A stretch of DNA of 64,000 bases, from the NCBI GenBank assembly GCA_030141605.1, contig JAQGDQ010000013.1:634447-698446 (forward strand), written 5' to 3'. This document shows positions 1 to 16,400 of the stretch, piece after piece. How positions within the stretch are numbered: position 1 is the first letter of the stretch; the number at the start of each line of letters is the position of its first letter. Position numbers and translations under genes: made by a program. This DNA is from Tubiluchus corallicola. Lineage: Eukaryota; Animalia; Priapulida. Below the pieces are notes generated by a model that was not told the origin of the DNA, ran no database searches, and saw only the letters and a program-made list of their open reading frames with translations.

Positions 1-2738
1 TAACTGTGTCTATGTAAAAATTAGTCACCAGATTCAACTAGCAACAATTTAAAGTGCTCTAATCCACAGGATTGTACCTTAAATGAATAAGTACTGTATA
101 GTGTACATAATAAATTTACATAAGCATGCTATTCTGCGCAGGGGCCGAACTAGATGTGGCAAGCAGGGGGGGGGGCAGAAAAATTTTCTGGTAGGGCGAG
201 GTATCCGAAGTGGTTAAATAATGGTTAAGCCAATTTTTAACGCCTTTTATACTGCATGCAGGCCTATAATTAGCATGTGTGTAGGACGGCGTAGCGGACA
301 GAGCAATAATGAGAAAATTAACTCTCAGTTAACCTAACGTTATTAATGTGCCTCTAACTAAATTGTTATTTACAGAAATTTATCATGCACAAGTTTTAAG
401 AAAATAATACGCAGGAAATAATGTCAAAATGAAATGTGGAACGATACTTCCTTGGACAAAAAAAGTCTAAAGTTTTCAAAAAGTCTCAAATTTCAGCATG
501 GTACCGCTGCTACACCAGCATCTTATAGCTGTGCACACAGACCTGTTGGCCTGTGTGTAGAGCCTGTGACTGTGTGTGGTCCCTGTAGGCCTACACTGTG
601 ATAGGCACCTCTATGCACACTGAGTTTTGTCTGCACGCACATTGAAGCTACCAAACATTTTTTTGCCTAATTCTCTAATTCATATTGAAAATGATTACAT
701 GCGAACTGCAATTTTCACTGCAAAAAAATTATTTGTCGGATTTCGCAGGGGGGGGGCAAATTTTGGCAGGGAGGTTATTTAGCTATAAGAGTTCAGTTTT
801 AGCTTGTTAAAATAATTATTCTATTACTTTGTAAGTACTAATCCCAGGTTATTATACTAGGTATCATCAGTAACCATTTTTGATTACATAGACATAGACA
901 TAGAACATTTATTTTCTCCAATTAGTTTAAGATCAAAAGTTTTTTAAATATTAAGTAATTATAATCGTAGAGCAGGGCAGTGAAGGACCATAGGGTCATC
1001 TAGTCTCCTGCCCTTTCTTATAAATAGATTAGTATATTAAAAATTAACGGTGATGCTGCAGATAACAAAAACAAATAAGAAAAAATGATAATAAAAACAG
1101 TATAAATGATACAAATTATCCAAAAAGAACTGAACACAAAAAATAATAAAGTTAGATACCTAAATCTAAACAAAACAATACAATTATTCAGTAATTAGGA
1201 TTATTATATGTAGTAGTTTCAAATGAGGTCTTATTTACAGAATGGAAAGTATGGAAAGATAAAAATAAGCATCAAAAAAGTGTAATATAGAAAAATTTAT
1301 GAGAAAAAGTAAGTATGAGAAAGAGCAACAATTACTCAATTGGAGATGAGGATAAAAAAGAAAAGAAAAAAACTTGCTAGCTTGCTTATTAGTCTTACAA
1401 GTGTTGTGAATAAATTTATAAATCGACAAATTAGTAGTAAATTAATGGAGTTATCAGCTGAATTAGATTCAGTTGATAAATCTCATGCCCCCCCCCTGAT
1501 TTCATAAGATAAATTTATTGGTTGACAGAGAAACTCACTCAGCTGATAAGTGCGGATTTAATGCGATGCAAATTATTGCACATTGTAGAGGAACACAGGT
1601 GTCTATTTAAGCGAAGACACTATTGTCTTGTATAAACCCATGCAGAGTTACAGTAATTAACGGAAGAACGGTAGTAGGCAGATGTCTTATGAAGATGACT
1701 TTATGGGTCCTCACCAAGGTCTCTACCAGCGCTCGGAGACATTGGAGGAAGAGAAATCTAAAGATTTGCCGACGACGGAAAAGAGATCTCACGGAGCGAA
1801 AGAATTCGAAGACCGCCTTGCTGATCGTAAAGGCAGAAATCGCATAGCAGGAGATGTCACCTGCCGTCAATGTTGCCATATGGTGCAATCTTTAGCGAGG
1901 TCAGCTCTTCAAGATATAAACTCTGAGTTTTAGACACACAGACACACACGGCGGTGTGCGACACGAGAGTCACACACACACGGGATCTCAGACACGAGAT
2001 CACACGCTCATCGAAGAGGAGAATCTGACAGTGTGTCCGGGACAGCTTCTAGGAAGGAAGATCATCGTTTGACACCAGCGTAGAGGAGTTCTGCGTTCTC
2101 AGTAATAGACTGGGCACTGGATCAACGAAAGTCTCGTTAAACTATTTGGAGTTGACGCAAGGTCAAAGTGACAGTCTTGAAGGACGATATCATAGCCTGA
2201 TAGACTTAGCTATAGCCCTCGGAGCCAGGTGATAGAATCATCTTGTAGCGAACGAAGAGCGAATCTGTAAAATCAATCAATCTATACAATCTATAGATAT
2301 AGTTCACGATCACTCGATACGGCTAGATAACATTATACGATCACTCTATCGAGAAAAAGGAACGTGATACAAGTTATGTACTACAGGTATATCCATTTAG
2401 TAAGATTTTTGTGTATTTTTTGGAAGCAGAAGTGCAGTAGGCAACGAAATTCATCAAAAAGTAAAAAAAATAACAATCTTTAGTTAATTATTGTAATTGC
2501 ACCTGCAAAAATTTGCCCAAGTACCTAGGGGATAAGTGTTTATATTACACGGTAACCCAATGACGTCATTTTAAGTTCAAAATTAGCGCTCCCAAGCGTA
2601 AAGTGATCGCGACATTAAATTGATTTTACTAGTTTTTCAAAATTTTATTGCTGAAACTTTCCAACATTTTTCTCAAGTATTAAAATAAGCTCAAGCTCCC
2701 GAGAGACTTGCTTTTCCTTTAACAAAATTGCCATGTAG

Positions 2739-6296
<3,558 letters not shown>

Positions 6297-6699
6297 CACG
6301 AAATAGACTGAAGTTGATCAGTTTTAAACCTGTCTGCACTTGTTACATTCAAAGCTAGAAATTGCACTTAGAATGTCTGATAACTGCACATTAGCACTAG
6401 TTAACTTCTATACGCCAACTGACACGTTTTCAGCGCAAGTAAACCCAGATTTCGAAGACGCGCTCAACAACATCACATCAATTTTTGTGAAAAAGGCTTT
6501 TGTCAATATATGAAGCAACATAAACCAAACTCCTTTAGTGGCACAAACACTTTATTATTGACTGTCTTTTCTGTACACTACGTTGTGACTACTAGATTAC
6601 AGCTGTAAAAGCTCAAATCAGTTGAAACTGGTTAACCTTGGGTATTTGCATATCACAAACCAGTCAGGTGAGAAAATGATTCACTGTAGTTTAACTTGC

Positions 6700-7150
6700 T
6701 GTAAAATTGTAACGTTGCTAAAGTTTATAAAGTTCATAAACAAGCTCGTGAATCAGTTCACGACAATTTTAGAGGAATACAACTTCATGATACTAGCAGG
6801 CGATTTTAATTGAGACCGAAAGCGAAATACTGCCCAAGTAAGAAAACTAAGAGTTCGTAAGTAATGCTGGCATGACATTTGCACTTGACGCTACGCGAAC
6901 AAATATCGACTTTACATGTGAAAACAAGGGTTTAAATGGGTAGATCACTTTATTATTTCCTAGAATTTGATGAACTATGTATCGTATTACAATGTACTTC
7001 ACAGTACTGACAGCTTGTCAAATCACTCACCAGTCTCATTAACCCTTACACTGGACGTGTTAGTAAATGGAATCAGTGCCAGGCAGTTTTATCCACGACC
7101 CACTTGGTCAAGAGCGAATGTGACGCTCAGGTTTATTTTAGGCCAGGTTA
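6700..7150 (+). mobile_element. Degenerate LINE AP-endonuclease remnant
   Basis: Fragments MILAGDFN, DHFIIS and SNHSPV (GDFN/IDH/SDH motifs of the LINE endonuclease), interrupted by stops and frameshifts. Confidence 0.6.
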
Positions 7151-7567
7151 TGTAACTAGTTCCTAACTGTTATAATTCCACCATGAATTATTTTCAATTT
7201 TTGTAAAAGAAGTTTAGTTAAACTGTTTAACGGTATAACGCTAGAAGCCAACTTGTTCTGAAATCAGATTTCACCTGTACGTTCAATGTCACCATCATGC
7301 ATTGCGAATGAAGCCACGTAGACGAAATTTGGCTATTCAGTTCACCCAGGTATTCCTCTCTAAGCTGTCGAGTTAAGCGGACATTCTCATGTCATAAAAT
7401 GATGGTTTAGTAGTAATGTAGTAATGGTGCTTGCTTGTGGAAAAGCAAACTGTCTACATAGTTACGACACATAGATGATAGCTGCATGCCAGCGATGATA
7501 CTTACCTGTTGCTGATTATGTTTTCTTGACGCTGATGATACATCAGTTAATACATTATTAAAGATTT

Positions 7568-7750
7568 ACTTACCAGTTGTCGATGATCTCTGCTGCTAAT
7601 GATACTTACCAGTTGTCGATGATATCTGCTGCTAATGATACTTACCAGTTGTCGATGATATCTGCTGCTAATGATACTTACCAGTTGTCGATGATATCTG
7701 CTGCTAATGATACTTACCAGTTGTCGATATTTGCTGCTAATGATACTTTC
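7568..7750. repeat. 36-bp minisatellite (~5 copies)
   Basis: Unit gatacttaccagttgtcgatgatatctgctgctaat repeated head to tail. Confidence 0.9.
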
Positions 7751-10612
7751 CCGTTATTTACTTGATGTTGATGCTACTGCCGTTTGTGGTTCCACGCTGT
7801 GGTTACGAAATTGGTGATCCTTACCTTGTGACGAGTACAGGAGTGCGAATGCTACTCTTTTTTGACGTCACATAAGTAGAGGAGAGTAGAGACGTAATCG
7901 AATGCATGAAGAAGTAGTGTGGCCAACCGTTCTACGGTGCACCATTTCTCGTAGAAGCCCCCTGGTGAGTCAGAGATGATAGGAGCAGGAGAAAAGTCGC
8001 CCGGTGACGCTGAGACAGGACTGGTGAAAAACGTTACGTTGTTCCTTTTTTTAGCCGGCTTAATCTTTATTATTAATATTTGTCTTACAATGTGTTTTGA
8101 GATATTTATTTAATTGTTATATTATTTTATTAATTCTGTGGTTTTTTTCCCCAGTGTTTTCGACTAAGTGTTTTATTCTTTACCAAAACGTTACACTTAA
8201 GTCACGAACCACCTATTTGCAATAGCGAAAATTAGACTACATCGTCACTGCGAACCAAGATCACATACATAAATATAGTGGTATGCTTAATATAGAACTT
8301 GCAAGCATTCCACCGGAAGATATCAATCGAATAACATACTGTAACAGTTTATTGGCATGTGACTGTAGACCTATCATCAACAAATATAGGGAAAGAAGTT
8401 ACGCAAATAAATTAAATGACGATCATTTAAAATAAATACCTTGGGTTGATAATTTAGCCATGTAATATCTTTTAGTACTATTCATTTCAATTAATTGTAG
8501 TTCTTTTTAAAGTTGTAACTTTGGGTGCTCCTTAATTCCTGTTGCCGTAGGTGAATCACATAATTTTTTTGCAAATAATCTTTTTTGTATATTATTACAA
8601 TGCGTAAGGGAGGCATTCTAATAATGCCATTATCATGCCAAATGTCAGAAATTTTAAACTACTAAAACAAATACCAGAAATACAGATTTACATTAACAAT
8701 AATTTTTTCAAGTTTTGTAGTGGTGAAAGTACAAATTAGATTTTTACATTAGACAAACTACATGCTAAAGATTGTCACATGACGAGTTTTTCAAAAAAAG
8801 TGGGAAAAAGTGACGCGCATGAGCATCACAAGATGGTGGTATACATGCTGTAAAATGGACTACAGTCAAAAACTGTACCAAAGGCTGCTATTTTACAATA
8901 GCTGCAAAGCTTGATTTCAAAATGTAATTACTATTATCAACGTCCTTAAATTCCGGGCTGTAAACTCAAGGGGTGTATATGTTTGTCATGTGCACAGCTG
9001 AAACACGCCACCACTGCCGATGATCTTCCCGGGGGCATCACTGACATAAAAAAGTCAGCGGCATCACTCAGAATTTATCATCCGTCATGTTTTATGACAA
9101 TCGTCAGTCCGAACAAAGAAGCCGCCCTTCTTAGTGAACTTTTGTTATTAGTCAAAGCTAAAGAACATTTCTACGGGAAATTTACAGGTGAGTAGACAGG
9201 ATTTTCCAGAGAGCGAGAAGAAGAGAAATCGGGAATATTTCTTTTAGTATCAGGAAAAGAAATAAGCAAGACTGAGGCAAAACAGCAGTACTAGGGACAG
9301 TCAGAACTTTATGACTTCCATGAGACATCCAGTCATTTTTGAAAATGGTAAACACCGGACTTGGAGACTTCTTTAAACAAGGCATAGTAAATGATGCAAG
9401 TGACATATGATCCTGCTCTCTACAAGTTACCTGCAACAAACTGTACAATACATTTGTACAACGCAAGGAAGTGTTACTCTGAGGCTCCGGTTTTTGGGGT
9501 GATGATGTGCATGGGTTTCACAGACGGCTGTCAATAAAAACTGATGCAGTGTTGCAAATCATAGGTCATCCTGTCCTCTCTATAAAGCTTTAATGTATAA
9601 AAATGAAGAATTGTTTGTTGACAATGCAGGACCAGGTGACACGCAAATTGACAGCACAAACATAAGAGAAGTCAATACAGAATCGGAGCTTGACATCCAG
9701 TTACCTAAACCACTTCCAGAACCTGGTGAAGGTGAAGCAGAAAGCAGTGAAATGTTTGAAGTCGGAAAGTCAACTATTTTCAAAAAAATGAAGTGTTTGA
9801 AGTTGGAAAGCCAATTATTTTCAGAAAAAGTATGTTAAATATATTCAAAAGTATACAAACTTGAATCAAGAGTGCTGTTGAATATGAACAAGCGTGAGCG
9901 TATACTAAGCAACGAAGAACTATATTTAGTGGAAGAACTAGTGCAATTTCTGAACACATTTGAAGTAACAAAATCACTGTCTGCTAGGAACAACGTTACT
10001 TAAAACAAAGTGTGTGCCTCCATGTCTCTAGCCACCTGGTGTGGAGCTGCCACCAATGATTTTATCAGGAGTGGAGCCACCAAAAAAAGTCAGAGCACAT
10101 AGCTGGTATCTGTAATTATAAAAAATTATGGTCTTCAATTTCCGAAAGGGCTGTATCAGGAAACAAGAGGAATCACATTTTCCATTTTTTGCACAAAAGA
10201 GTTTAAGCCGACCTACTGTGTTAGTTAACTAAATTATGAATACTCGACGTGAAGGTGTCAAATCGCATCGCAAATCGAAATTCTGAGTTGTAATTACAAT
10301 AATGATTGATAATAAGTCGTGTATCAGGATGGTACCTGGTGGTGGTAAACTCTTTACTGTGTGCAATGGCTGTTACTCCATTGTGCATTACACTATTAAA
10401 GTACTGAGCTGAAAAGTACCAACTTCCAAATGAAATCTTGCTTGGAAATATGTCAAGGACTACATGATGGAGCGTGAAATTTAAATGACGAAAACATTGC
10501 ACCTGGTACCAATGCTAGACTTGATACCTTCAATGAGTCTAGCTTGTAAGTTTAAGTAACTTAATATAGAATCGAATTGAAGTTGAAACTGAATTCAGCT
10601 TTGAAGTCCAGT

Positions 10613-11100
10613 CAGGGCCGGTTTTAAGCCAATTTGATGGATTTCTTCAAATTGTGCTCAGCACCAAGAAGGCCCCTCCTCGAATCGAGGACTCTGTCAT
10701 GAATTAATGTGTCCAGTGTGCACGAATTTTCTTGATACTGTGAACACAGTGAAACTATTCAGTCCGGCATCGTACATCTATGTTTCAATGTTTTTTATTG
10801 ATCGTTTTTTTTATTTGTTTTGTAATTTCAGTTTATTGTCGGTTTTTGGAAGATACATACACAAACAGTATGTCAGTAATTATGTTTGCTTGTAATAAAA
10901 CATTAAATAATTCATACAGATTTTCAACTTCCTAGTACAAATCACTGTGGTTAATGGTGGAGCCTCAAGCCCTCGAGACTTTTTGGCTGAAGAGCTAGTA
11001 TATACACGAATTATAAAACATCAATCTTCAGCTTTTGTAGGATAGAGGGCACCACTAACAATCTTCTAATTGGGCCTCGCATTCCCTAGCACCGGCCCTG
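10613..11100. mobile_element. hAT-like MITE
   Basis: TIRs CAGGGCCGG...CCGGCCCTG; near-perfect 8-bp TSD agtccagt/agtccatt. Confidence 0.75.
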
Positions 11101-13439
11101 AGTCCATTATCAGAAAACTAATATCACTGACAATCTTAAACTGGCTGTACAAAACCTTTGCCTCTAATATAGACATTTCACAACTTTTGATATGTTATAA
11201 ATGTATACAAATAAGCTGACCTCATTACCCTGATTAAAATAAATTATCGTGTTTAATAAAAATTAACATGAAATGGCTTTTTGAATAGCAGAAAATGCAT
11301 TGATTTTCTCACATGCTTTCAACCATTTTTTCACATTGTTAGGAACCGAGTCAGTCTGTTTCAGCTGCTGCAGAAAACTCCACATCATCACGTCGGCCAG
11401 AGAAAGCGATTCTCCGACCAGCCAGTTATGCGTTCCAAGTCGCGCGTTCAGAGAGCGAAGTACACTTGCAACGTCCTTCCGGCTAGCGTTTGCGGCATTA
11501 CTACCTGAATCCACCCATTCATCAATGCTCGTTGCAGAGATAGCATCTAAGGAATCGTAAGCAGGTTTGAGTAAGCGAGCAAGATATCGAGCGATGTTCC
11601 CTTCCCCGTAAATGGCAGGCTGAATGGAACTGTTTGCTGTCAGCGTGGGAACCGACACTGAAAAAAGCGAGAATTTTTACATAATTGACCAAGACGAAAA
11701 TGCAAGTAGGTGATAGCTGGGACAAACTATTCCAGCAGACTACTAATTTCACGTTTACGAGAAGTACCTAGCGAGTATTTTCTCCTAACTATTGGTCGTG
11801 CGAATCAACGATGGTGCAAAGAAGCTATAATGTGTGACACTGTCCGTTAAAATTCGATTACAATCAGTCATCGGTGAATACTAACTCATGATGACTCAAG
11901 TTATTCATAAGTAATTGTTTGGTTAACTCCTTGAGGACCGCACCAATCAAAATAGGTCTTATAACACGACTTTCCTGGTACTGTATGAGCACAAACGTAA
12001 CTAAATGATTACAAATTAAGTATTGTTCTATTCAGAAGAATCTCGGCTATCCAATTACGCTATTTGTTTAAACATTTATAAGTGATTTAGTTGAATAAAT
12101 TTAAGAAAAATGACCTCTTCAGGCATTCCAACTTAGCCTATTGAGTAGCTTAGTCTGGTGTACACTTGTGTGATCGTACACATTATTTTATCGATCACCT
12201 CTTTGCTGCAGCACAAAGGAATAGTTTGCTGTGCAGAGTTCCAGGAAAAGCCAACCATTGGGCCTCGCATTCCCTAGCACCGGCCGCGAGTCCATTATCA
12301 GAAAACTAATATCACTGACAATCTTAAACTGGCTGTACAAAATCTTTGCCTCTAACATAGACAATTCACAACTTTTGATATGTTATAAATTTATACAAAT
12401 AAGCTGACCTCATTACCATGATTAAAATAAATTATCGTGTTTAGTAAAAATTAACATGAAATGGCTTTTTGAATGGCAGAAAATGCATTGATTTTCTCGC
12501 ATGCTTTCAACCATTTTTTCACATTGTTAGGAACCGAGTCTGTCTGTTTTAGCTGCTGCAGAAAACTCCACATCATCACGTCGGCGAGAGAAAGCGATTC
12601 TCCGACCAGCCAGTTATGCGTTCCAAGTCGCGCGTTCAGAGAGCGAAGTACAGTTGCAACGTCCTTCCGGCTAGCATTTGCGGCATTACTACCTGAATCC
12701 ACCCATTCATCAATGCTCGTTGCAGAGATAGGATCTAACGAATCGTAAGCGGGTTTGAGTAAGCGAGCAAGATATCGAGCGATGTTCCCTTCTCCGTAAA
12801 TGGCAGGCTGAATGAAACTGTTTGCTGTCAGCGTGGGAACCGACACTGAAAAAAGCGAGAATTTTTAAATAATTGACCAAGACGAAAACGCAAGTAGGTG
12901 ATAGCCGGGACAAACTATTCCAGCAGACTACTAATTTCACGTGTACGAGAAGTACCTAGCGAGTATTTTCTCCTAACTATTAGTCGTGCGAATCAACGAT
13001 GGTGCAAAGAAGCTATAATGTCCGACATCGTCCATTAAAATTCGATTACAGTCATCGGTGAATACTAACTCATGATGACTCAAGTTATTCATAAGTAATT
13101 GTTTGGTTAACTCCTTGAGGACCACACCAATCAAAATAGGTCTGTAACACGATTATTCTGGTACTGCACAAGCACAAACATAACTAAATGATTACAAATT
13201 AAGTACTGTTCTATTCAGGAGAATCTCGGCTATCCAATCATGCTATTTGCTTAAACATTTATAAGTGATTTAGTGGGATAAAATTAAGAAAAATGACCTC
13301 TTCAGGCATTCCAACTTAGCCTATTGAGTAGCTTAGTCTGGTGTACACTTGTGTGATCGTACACATTACTTTATCGATCACCTCTTTGCTGCAGCACAAA
13401 GGAATAGTTTGCTGTGCAGAGTTCCAGGAAAAGCCAACC
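11069..13439. repeat. Tandem duplication, period 1188 bp (11069-12256 / 12257-13439)
   Basis: Two highly similar copies (~3% divergent over the exon), each carrying the AIMP2 last exon, its acceptor, 3'UTR and part of the intron. Confidence 0.95.
11263..11657 (-). CDS. AIMP2: Duplicated AIMP2 terminal exon (GST-C-like domain), distal copy
   Basis: Intact acceptor cttttttcag, same phase, open to TAA; GEGNIARYLARLL...LSLADVMMWS. Confidence 0.6.
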
Positions 13440-16400
13440 GATCAGCCAAGGAGAAATTAAGGTATTAAGGTGGTTTCACCTTTTAACAGGAGACTTGAGT
13501 AAAAGTGTATCAGAGTGTTATGTCTGGATAGTTGAAATTTTCTGCATTAACCAAGTAGTACTGTACATTGTTACAGTGCAAACACTGCAGTTACTGAAAG
13601 CTTTTTTCATTTTTTCCCGAAAAATCAATTTTTAATTTGTGTAAGGTAAGCCAATGGATTTTATACATAATTTTGCATAAAAATCCAGTGTGTGAGGAGT
13701 AGAAAGCTACAAAAATTATTAAATATAACATAATCGCTGCTTAGTGAAAGCATTTTTTCATGAATCCGTGCAAAATGTAGCAAACGTTTACAGTCCTGAA
13801 GAAGTTAGATTACAAGTTGAAAGCTGACAGGTTTAACAGTAAACAATCTAAGACTGAACTGATTAGACAAAATCATATAATTATCCAGACTCTATGTTTA
13901 ATACTGCCAAGATAAATTAACTTAGAAGGAACTTGTAGCAAAGAGATGTTTGCATAAACGAGAAAATAGTTAACATTGTTAAACAGCAAAACTGATCATC
14001 ACAGGAATAGAACCAATCATTTATTTAAAGCAGTTTAGCTACCTCTGTCCAGCTGCAAACTAATTAGGGCTGAGATGGTTAACAGTTTAACAGACCACTA
14101 ACTGCTGTAACCGTTTAGAAAATCGCTAACCGTTTAACCATTGTTTAGCTATTTCTACTTATCCGTATGCATGAAACCTTGTATCTTTTCTGAGTTGGCA
14201 AACACAGTTAACAATGTCCTGCTTATATAAAATTGTACTATTTACAACATTGTTTCAATTAATCTGGTTGCCTAAGAAGCAACTAAATGGTAAATTGCAA
14301 AAAAGGTTTTCATCCGCATATGTTACGAGGATGCTGCTGTGTTGGATATTCTCACTGGTGCATGCTAGATTTGAACCACACTGCTTACTCGTGCAAGTCA
14401 TGTGTACTCGACATTTTCCCATATTTACGACATCATCAGGAACGGTTAACCGAGCACAATTAATAATGGTTAAACGGCTTGTGAAAAATTCTAACCAAAA
14501 AAGTAGTGAGATTTTTTTAGATTCATCATTAAACTAAGAAAATTACTTTTTTACCTTTTTTCCATATCAATGTGATAAAAACGTGACAATCGTCAGTGCT
14601 TGAGATATCGTTAGACAATACAGATCCTAAATTACCAATCTCTCCTAGAACACTCGAATGAGAGAATACAGAGCTATTCATTGTGATTTGGTCCCGTAGC
14701 AAGTGAATAAGAATGAGCACAGAGAAAGGAGGATTTGTTGGATTTGCACAAATAACTATGTTGTCTGTTGATGTTTCCTGCAAAAAAACAGTAACTAGAA
14801 TCATTTTCATTCAGGGAAGTTATGTAATGACAAAACCTTCAAAATTATACTATCGATTTATATACCATTTAACGTCATTAGAAAATCAACTGACGCTGCA
14901 AATGAACACATTATAATAATACATAGATTCATTTTTATACAAGTAGCAAATTTATAAGTAAAGTGTTGGAAATGAAACTATAATAAAAATGTAGCAATCA
15001 GTAGCATGCAACAAGAAATATTTATTATAAGTGCGCAAACACATTTTCTGCACTTTTCGTGTAAAAACTGAATGAAAAATAACAGTAAAAGTACAATTTA
15101 TTTCACCTTATGCAGATTACAAACTAGTGAAACTGCGAATACGCCAGCTTGGATAACCTGCATGTACCTTTACTATAAAGCAATCTTCATCATTTCGAAG
15201 TTTCTTAGAGACTTTGAAGTTTGGACACGAATATTGGAAATGAAATTACAAAATATGAAACTAATGGCATTAGACAAAACAAGTCATGGTATCAGTAGCG
15301 GACAAAAAACCAATACTACCTATCGTGTAATTCTAATATTACGCTGCCATCAGAAAATGTACATTTACTCTATTTTAATGAAATAGTACGATGAAGTTAC
15401 AAACGAAGCTTGTATCCACTATAACAAAATATTTACATGCACTGAAAATGCCATACTGTTGTTACCTTTGAACTGGCTTCTAATGAACCTGTAATGGCCA
15501 AGTCTACACTATCACCACTGACGTCTTGCTTTAAACGATCGACTTCGTCACGAAGTGATTTCAGTCTTTCTAATATACTTTCTTGCCAAGCAGACAAAGC
15601 ATTTACTTGGGATGCTAGAGAGCAATCACCCTACAAATAGCAAAATCTTTAGAACAAAATCATACAAATTACATGCACACTCATAACCTTAAAAAGGACT
15701 ATTTTCCATATCCTACCCTATTCTGAAGTACGAAAAATGTATACATTTTAACAAATATAATGACACCGAAGCTTTTCTGATAATTAAACAATAGGTTAAA
15801 TTAACAGCGGGCAAGCCTGTTGCATGTGTCTGCAAATTAGAAGAGTGAAGTTCAGTGTTACTGTACAACATTCAGTGTAATATGCAAAAATTCAGATGAA
15901 GATAAAAATTGAGATAAAAATTTAGGATTAAGAGTCAAATTTTAAATTTACCGCTGTGCTCACGCATGAGCTCTCAAACATATCTATTACATCACAAACA
16001 AACAGGTCTGAAGTGAGAGGTACAGCACCTGTTTTTCATGCAATGCATTTCTGAAAAGCAGCCGCTAGTGCCCATCTAAGTAACAAATGGCGACATGCAT
16101 GTAACAGCAAAGAACTAATTGAGGGAACACAAAATTACTTTTGTGTGGTAATAATTCTTTCACGTGCGCCATTCTTTAAAAAATGGTACGTTCCCTTTCA
16201 ATATGTTAAGGAGTAGATTGGTTTAACCTACAGTTCAGGATTGGGTCCAGTTTCCCTTTAATAATATGCAGTCTACTTAGATAAAATAAGTCTACAGGTT
16301 ACCAGCTCATAGAAATTAAATAAATTAAGCCCATAAAGCAGCTGAAATGTGTCAAGTGCATTAATTAATTTTCAGGCAACAAATTAAAAATGTGTAGTGG

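Noticed and set aside
1486-1498. C-run as an LTR terminus or polypurine tract
   Set aside because: No TSD or partner LTR; it may instead be the displaced end of the G-run-containing MITE-like sequence at ~140-770.
7577-7765. Repeat protein MISAANDTYQLS
   Set aside because: Open only because the 36-bp unit lacks stops in one frame; no supporting gene structure.
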